Source: an uncultured Gemmataceae bacterium
GTDB lineage: Bacteria; Planctomycetota; Planctomycetia; Gemmatales; Gemmataceae
Assembly (NCBI GenBank): GCA_963750165.1
Contig: CAVVPN010000001.1
Location: 320,001-384,000, forward strand
Reading direction: 5' to 3'
Length of the DNA stretch: 64,000 nucleotides
Within the stretch, counting starts at the first letter, position 1. Every line of letters starts with the position of its first letter. Positions 60,077 to 64,000 of the stretch are shown one piece after another. Below the pieces are notes generated by a model. The model saw nothing but the letters and a program-made list of their open reading frames with translations, ran no database searches and was not told the origin of the DNA. The position numbers were made by a program, and so were the translations under genes.

Positions 60077-60430
60077 TGAACCTCCCCACGAATGGTGGAC
60101 ACCCAGTTAAGAGTGTAAACTCTCCTGAGGAGGTCCATCATGGCCAGAACCCGACGTACCTACACCCCGGAGTTCAAGCTCGAGGCCGTCAAGCTCGTCA
60201 CTGAGCAGGGCTACTCCGTCGCCGAGGCCGCACGCTCCCTCGGCATCCACGAGACCCTGCTCCGCTCCTGGAAGCAGGCGCTGGAGGCCAAGGGCGGCCA
60301 GGCCTTCCCCGGCCAGGGCAAGCTCTCCCCCTTCGAGGAAGAGAACCGCCGCCTCCGGGCCGAGAACCAGCGGCTCCTGGCGGAGCGCGACATCCTAAAA
60401 AAAGCGACGGCGTTCTTCGCCAGGGAGGCG
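60077..60430 (+). mobile_element. Partial IS3 copy (left IR + orfA, 354 bp)
   Basis: Identical to 60431-60784. Confidence 0.9.
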
Positions 60431-60493
60431 TGAACCTCCCCACGAATGGTGGACACCCAGTTAAGAGTGTAAACTCTCCTGAGGAGGTCCATC

Positions 60494-60790
60494 ATGGCCA
60501 GAACCCGACGTACCTACACCCCGGAGTTCAAGCTCGAGGCCGTCAAGCTCGTCACTGAGCAGGGCTACTCCGTCGCCGAGGCCGCACGCTCCCTCGGCAT
60601 CCACGAGACCCTGCTCCGCTCCTGGAAGCAGGCGCTGGAGGCCAAGGGCGGCCAGGCCTTCCCCGGCCAGGGCAAGCTCTCCCCCTTCGAGGAAGAGAAC
60701 CGCCGCCTCCGGGCCGAGAACCAGCGGCTCCTGGCGGAGCGCGACATCCTAAAAAAAGCGACGGCGTTCTTCGCCAGGGAGGCGACATGA
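60494..60790 (+). CDS. IS3 transposase OrfA
   Basis: [16 protein letters not shown]...ERDILKKATAFF. Confidence 0.93.
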   Translation: MARTRRTYTPEFKLEAVKLVTEQGYSVAEAARSLGIHETLLRSWKQALEAKGGQAFPGQGKLSPFEEENRRLRAENQRLLAERDILKKATAFFAREAT

Positions 60791-61641
60791 CCTTCCGCTT
60801 CATCGAGGAACACCGCGGCCAGTGGCCCGTGCGCCTGCTCTGCGAAACCCTGGAGGTCTCGACCGCCGGCTACTACGCCTGGCGCGACCGCCCCGCCAGC
60901 GACCGCGCCCGGCGCCGCGACACCCTCCTCGTGGAAATCCGCGCCATCCACGCCGAGGTCAAGGCCCGCTACGGCAGCCCGCGCATCCACGCCGAGCTGG
61001 TCGCCCGGGGCCAGGACTGCTGCGTCAACACCGTGGCCCGGCTCATGCACGACCACGACCTCCGGGCCAAGACGGCCCGCAAGTTCCGCTGCACGACCGA
61101 CTCCAACCACGACCTGCCCGTGGCCGCGAACCTCCTGGATCGGCAGTTCAACCCCGCCGCGGCCAACGAGGCGTGGGTGGCGGACATCACCTACATCCCG
61201 ACCCGGGAGGGTTGGCTGTACCTGGCTGTCGTCGAGGACCTGTACTCGCGGCGGGTGGTGGGCTGGTCGATGGCCGACCACCTGGAGAGCCGGCTGGTCG
61301 TCGATGCCCTGGAGCTGGCGGTGCAGCGCCGGCTGCCGGGGGAGGGGTTGCTGGCCCACTCCGACCGGGGCAGCCAGTACGCCAGCGACCACTACCAACG
61401 CCTCCTGGGCAAGCACGGCATCACCTGCAGCATGAGCCGCCGGGCCGACTGCTGGGACAATGCCCCGATGGAGAGCTTCTTCGCCTCCTTGAAGAAGGAA
61501 CTGGTGCACGACGCCGACTTCGCCACCCGGGCGGAGGCGCGGGCGGCGCTCGTCGAGTACATCGAGGTCTTCTACAACACGCGGCGCCGGCACTCGTCGC
61601 TGGGGTACGTGTCCCCGGCCGAGTATGAACAGTCCGAATAA
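60787..61641 (+). CDS. IS3 transposase OrfB (DDE)
   Basis: YGSPRI, WVADITY, HSDRGSQY, DNAPMESFF. Confidence 0.95.
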   Translation: MTFRFIEEHRGQWPVRLLCETLEVSTAGYYAWRDRPASDRARRRDTLLVEIRAIHAEVKARYGSPRIHAELVARGQDCCVNTVARLMHDHDLRAKTARKFRCTTDSNHDLPVAANLLDRQFNPAAANEAWVADITYIPTREGWLYLAVVEDLYSRRVVGWSMADHLESRLVVDALELAVQRRLPGEGLLAHSDRGSQYASDHYQRLLGKHGITCSMSRRADCWDNAPMESFFASLKKELVHDADFATRAEARAALVEYIEVFYNTRRRHSSLGYVSPAEYEQSE

Positions 61642-61678
61642 CCGTTAACCCCGTGTCCACTTTTCGTGGGGAACTCCA

Positions 61679-62335
61679 GTGCATGGCAAGGGAGCGGTTC
61701 CCGGCGAGCATCACTTCGTCGCTCTCTATCTCGTTCCCCGCCTGACCAGTTTCTCCTTCCTCGGCGTTCCGCACTTCGTCAACCCAGACGGCATGAAAGC
61801 CAGCGTAGGCGATGTGGTGTTCTGCTCATACGCGCCTGAGAAGAACATTTACTATGTTCCGACGAACCGCCTGAAGATCGAGGTCAAGCTGGAAAACCCG
61901 CGAGATGGCTTCATTGAACTCACCCGGTTGCAGTATTACCACTGGATCAGGCAGGAACGGAGACCAGAGGACAAGGGCAAGCCGAACCTGAGCGCCCAGC
62001 CCGAGCAGCCAGACCTCTTCGTGGGGGTTTCAGAGCAGGGCGTCGTGATTTTGCCGTGGGCCACCTTCCGCGACATCTACATCAAGCAGGTGTATCCGAA
62101 GGGACTGACCGACATTCTGAAGATCAAGAACAGGCCGAGCCCCACGGGTAAGTTCTCGATGAGTTGTTTCGACTGGCCCAATGATGGCAGCAGTTCTTAC
62201 TACTTCGGTTACTCGAAGAAGGTGGAGAAGTGGCCGAAACTAGAGTCGTCGTTCATGGAGTCCTTGAGACGCCAGTGTAGCGAACTCACCTCGGGTAGCC
62301 CGATCCAACCGCTTCAGCCACGACCGGACGTGTGA
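61679..62335 (+). CDS. Hypothetical protein, probably 5'-truncated by IS3; PD-(D/E)xK nuclease-like
   Basis: Open frame starts at the IS3 right end; NPDG...GDVVF...KIEVKL pattern; lower GC. Confidence 0.5.
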   Translation: MHGKGAVPGEHHFVALYLVPRLTSFSFLGVPHFVNPDGMKASVGDVVFCSYAPEKNIYYVPTNRLKIEVKLENPRDGFIELTRLQYYHWIRQERRPEDKGKPNLSAQPEQPDLFVGVSEQGVVILPWATFRDIYIKQVYPKGLTDILKIKNRPSPTGKFSMSCFDWPNDGSSSYYFGYSKKVEKWPKLESSFMESLRRQCSELTSGSPIQPLQPRPDV

Positions 62336-62361
62336 AGAAAATGCACACCTCCATACCTTGG

Positions 62362-63871
62362 CAGTCGCACTTTTCCGAGTGCTCAAACCGCGAGATTTAC
62401 GCAGTTTTTCAGCGCTTCGATGAGTTTCAGGAGTTCCGTTGCATCGGCCGACTTGGGTTTAATTAGGGCGTTCAAAGTCGCCCGCCGCAACACGGCAACC
62501 ATATGACGCAACGACCATTCACTCTCCCAGGGTCCCATCACTTGGCGCAATTCCTCCGCCTCCGGCAACTGCCGACCGGCGGTAAGATACCACACCATCA
62601 CGACGCTCTGCAACGACCACACCCACGGCGCCACCTTCTCCACCGCTTCCCGACTGTAGTGTTGTGGCGCCTCGAGGTCCAGCACCTGTTTGCTCGCCCG
62701 GAACAGTACCTCAATGGACCAGCGCCAGGCGAACTGCGTAATCACCCACCCCACGTCCGCACGCATGTCGGTCGTGAACAGGTAGGCATCGTCCAACTTC
62801 CCGTCCGGGTCGCGCACCACCACCACCTGCACCGGCCGCAACCCCAACACCCGCGGCCACACCGCCCGGTAGGCGAACGCCCGCAGGACGCGCTGCTCCC
62901 CGTAGACGGTCACCGTCACCGCCTGCCACACCCAGTCCCCGGTGGCCACGCGCTTACGGTCGGCCTTGGCGGCGGCTGCTTTGGGGTTGGGCAGACGCGG
63001 CCCCTTCTGCGCCTTGCGGCCGCGCCGGCCGGGCTTGGCCTGAGGCAGACGCGGGTCGTACACGGCCGCGTCGCCGCGCAACCGGCCGACGAAGGTCACG
63101 CGCTCGTCCAGGTCCGCCAGCAGCGCTTGGGCCGCGTAAGCGCCGTCGGCCACCAGGGTAAAGCGCCGGCCGGGGAACCAGGCCAGCACTTCGGCGAGCA
63201 GCGCGCGCGCCAGCAGTGGGCAGGACGGCTGCGCCTGGCCGGGCCGGTGCAACCGGGCCAGCAAGGGCAACGCCAGGATCGGGGCGTTCGCGAAGGGCAG
63301 GCAGACGGCGACGGCGACGACCACCCAGTTGTGCCCCGCGGCCGTGGCGGTGCGTTTGCGGGTCGAGGCGACGGCATCGCGGAACCAGCCGAGGCCCCAG
63401 ACGTGCTTGCCGCGCTTGTGGGCCAGGGTGTCGTCCACCAACAGCGTGATGGTGCCGCCCAGGTGGAGGCGCGTCAGGATGAGGACGGCGACGTGGTAGG
63501 CCAACCCGGTCACGGTCCAGGCGGAGCGCGCAAAGAAGTTGTAGGTGGTGTCCAGGCCGTGGCGCCGGGAATGGTCCCGCAAGTCTTGGGGTTGGGCGGT
63601 GTCGGCGACGCGACAGAGGCGGTGCTGGCCCAGGCACATCACCCAGCCGAGCACGAGTTGGCAGTGGGTGTGGAACGAGGGCAGGGTGAAGGCCGGGGCG
63701 AGGGCTTGGACGATGGGCTGGAGAGAAGCTATCATCAGCCACATGAGGGGCTCCTTCCGGCGAGTGCATGGCTTGAGAACCTATGCACAAACTTAGGAGG
63801 AACCCCTCTCTCTTTCTGCGACAGCCCCGTGACACTATCGGTGTTCGTCTGTTCATGGAAGCGTGCGACAG
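62362..63871 (-). mobile_element. IS701-like insertion sequence
   Basis: Imperfect terminal IRs CAGTCGCACTTTTCC / GGAAGCGTGCGACAG around a transposase; no clear target duplication. Confidence 0.7.
62383..63744 (-). CDS. IS701-like DDE transposase
   Basis: LVDDT, GHNWV, VADGAY, RWSIEVLFR..KQ. Confidence 0.88.
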   Translation of the reverse strand: MWLMIASLQPIVQALAPAFTLPSFHTHCQLVLGWVMCLGQHRLCRVADTAQPQDLRDHSRRHGLDTTYNFFARSAWTVTGLAYHVAVLILTRLHLGGTITLLVDDTLAHKRGKHVWGLGWFRDAVASTRKRTATAAGHNWVVVAVAVCLPFANAPILALPLLARLHRPGQAQPSCPLLARALLAEVLAWFPGRRFTLVADGAYAAQALLADLDERVTFVGRLRGDAAVYDPRLPQAKPGRRGRKAQKGPRLPNPKAAAAKADRKRVATGDWVWQAVTVTVYGEQRVLRAFAYRAVWPRVLGLRPVQVVVVRDPDGKLDDAYLFTTDMRADVGWVITQFAWRWSIEVLFRASKQVLDLEAPQHYSREAVEKVAPWVWSLQSVVMVWYLTAGRQLPEAEELRQVMGPWESEWSLRHMVAVLRRATLNALIKPKSADATELLKLIEALKNCVNLAV

Positions 63872-64000
63872 TTCAGATACCGGGGATCGGCTTCGAGGCG
63901 TACCGTTCTTATGGGTGTCGAGCAGGTTACTCGCCTCCGTCCGGCTGGCTTTGCCCACTTATCGTCCCTGAATAACCTCCAAGACCCCGAGGACTTGGTT

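Larger units (their letters stand above)
60431..61678 (+). mobile_element. Complete IS3-family element (1248 bp)
   Basis: TG...CA ends; IRL TGAACCTCCCCACGAATGGTGGACAC and IRR GTGTCCACTTTTCGTGGGGAACTCCA; A7G slippery site at 60751-60758. Confidence 0.95.

Noticed and set aside
52815..64000. Intact prophage or conjugative element
   Set aside because: No structural, packaging, lysis, relaxase or T4SS genes are recognisable within the window.

Overview
High-GC bacterial chromosome window, most likely a planctomycete (Gemmataceae-like). This is inferred from a YTV-type Cys-rich protein, an ECF sigma factor fused to DUF1501, DUF1080/ThuA/WD40 secreted proteins and abundant intergenic palindromic repeats. 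Bases 1-52.8 kb are mostly core genome: an MFS transporter, an interrupted rpsL-rpsG-fusA locus with a divergent EF-G, cobB, folD, gluQ, an intein-containing pcrA/uvrD, acpS, two ECF sigma factors, an IS5-family element, a DUF433/DUF5615 toxin-antitoxin pair and tRNA-Leu(CAG). From 52.8 kb the window is accessory DNA. A ~5.7 kb integrative element (tyrosine integrase, SSB-like protein, Prim-Pol/DUF3987 replicase) is bounded by a 51-bp tRNA 3'-end duplication. A second element with a paralogous integrase follows and is disrupted by IS3 and IS701-like insertions. The most notable observations are: a 360-aa helicase intein with a GIY-YIG-like rather than LAGLIDADG insert; a Cys-rich protein with mirror-matched 6+6 repeat arrays suggesting one very long beta-hairpin; a protein with ~7 tandem HTH-like units; a peptide (FDPMxGFV) shared by the island's SSB-like and primase proteins; REP-cored MITEs; and a non-palindromic dispersed repeat. 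At least seven genes show apparent short-indel frameshifts, probably sequencing errors. All family assignments come from motif recognition by eye, not database searches. No CRISPR array or rRNA was seen.
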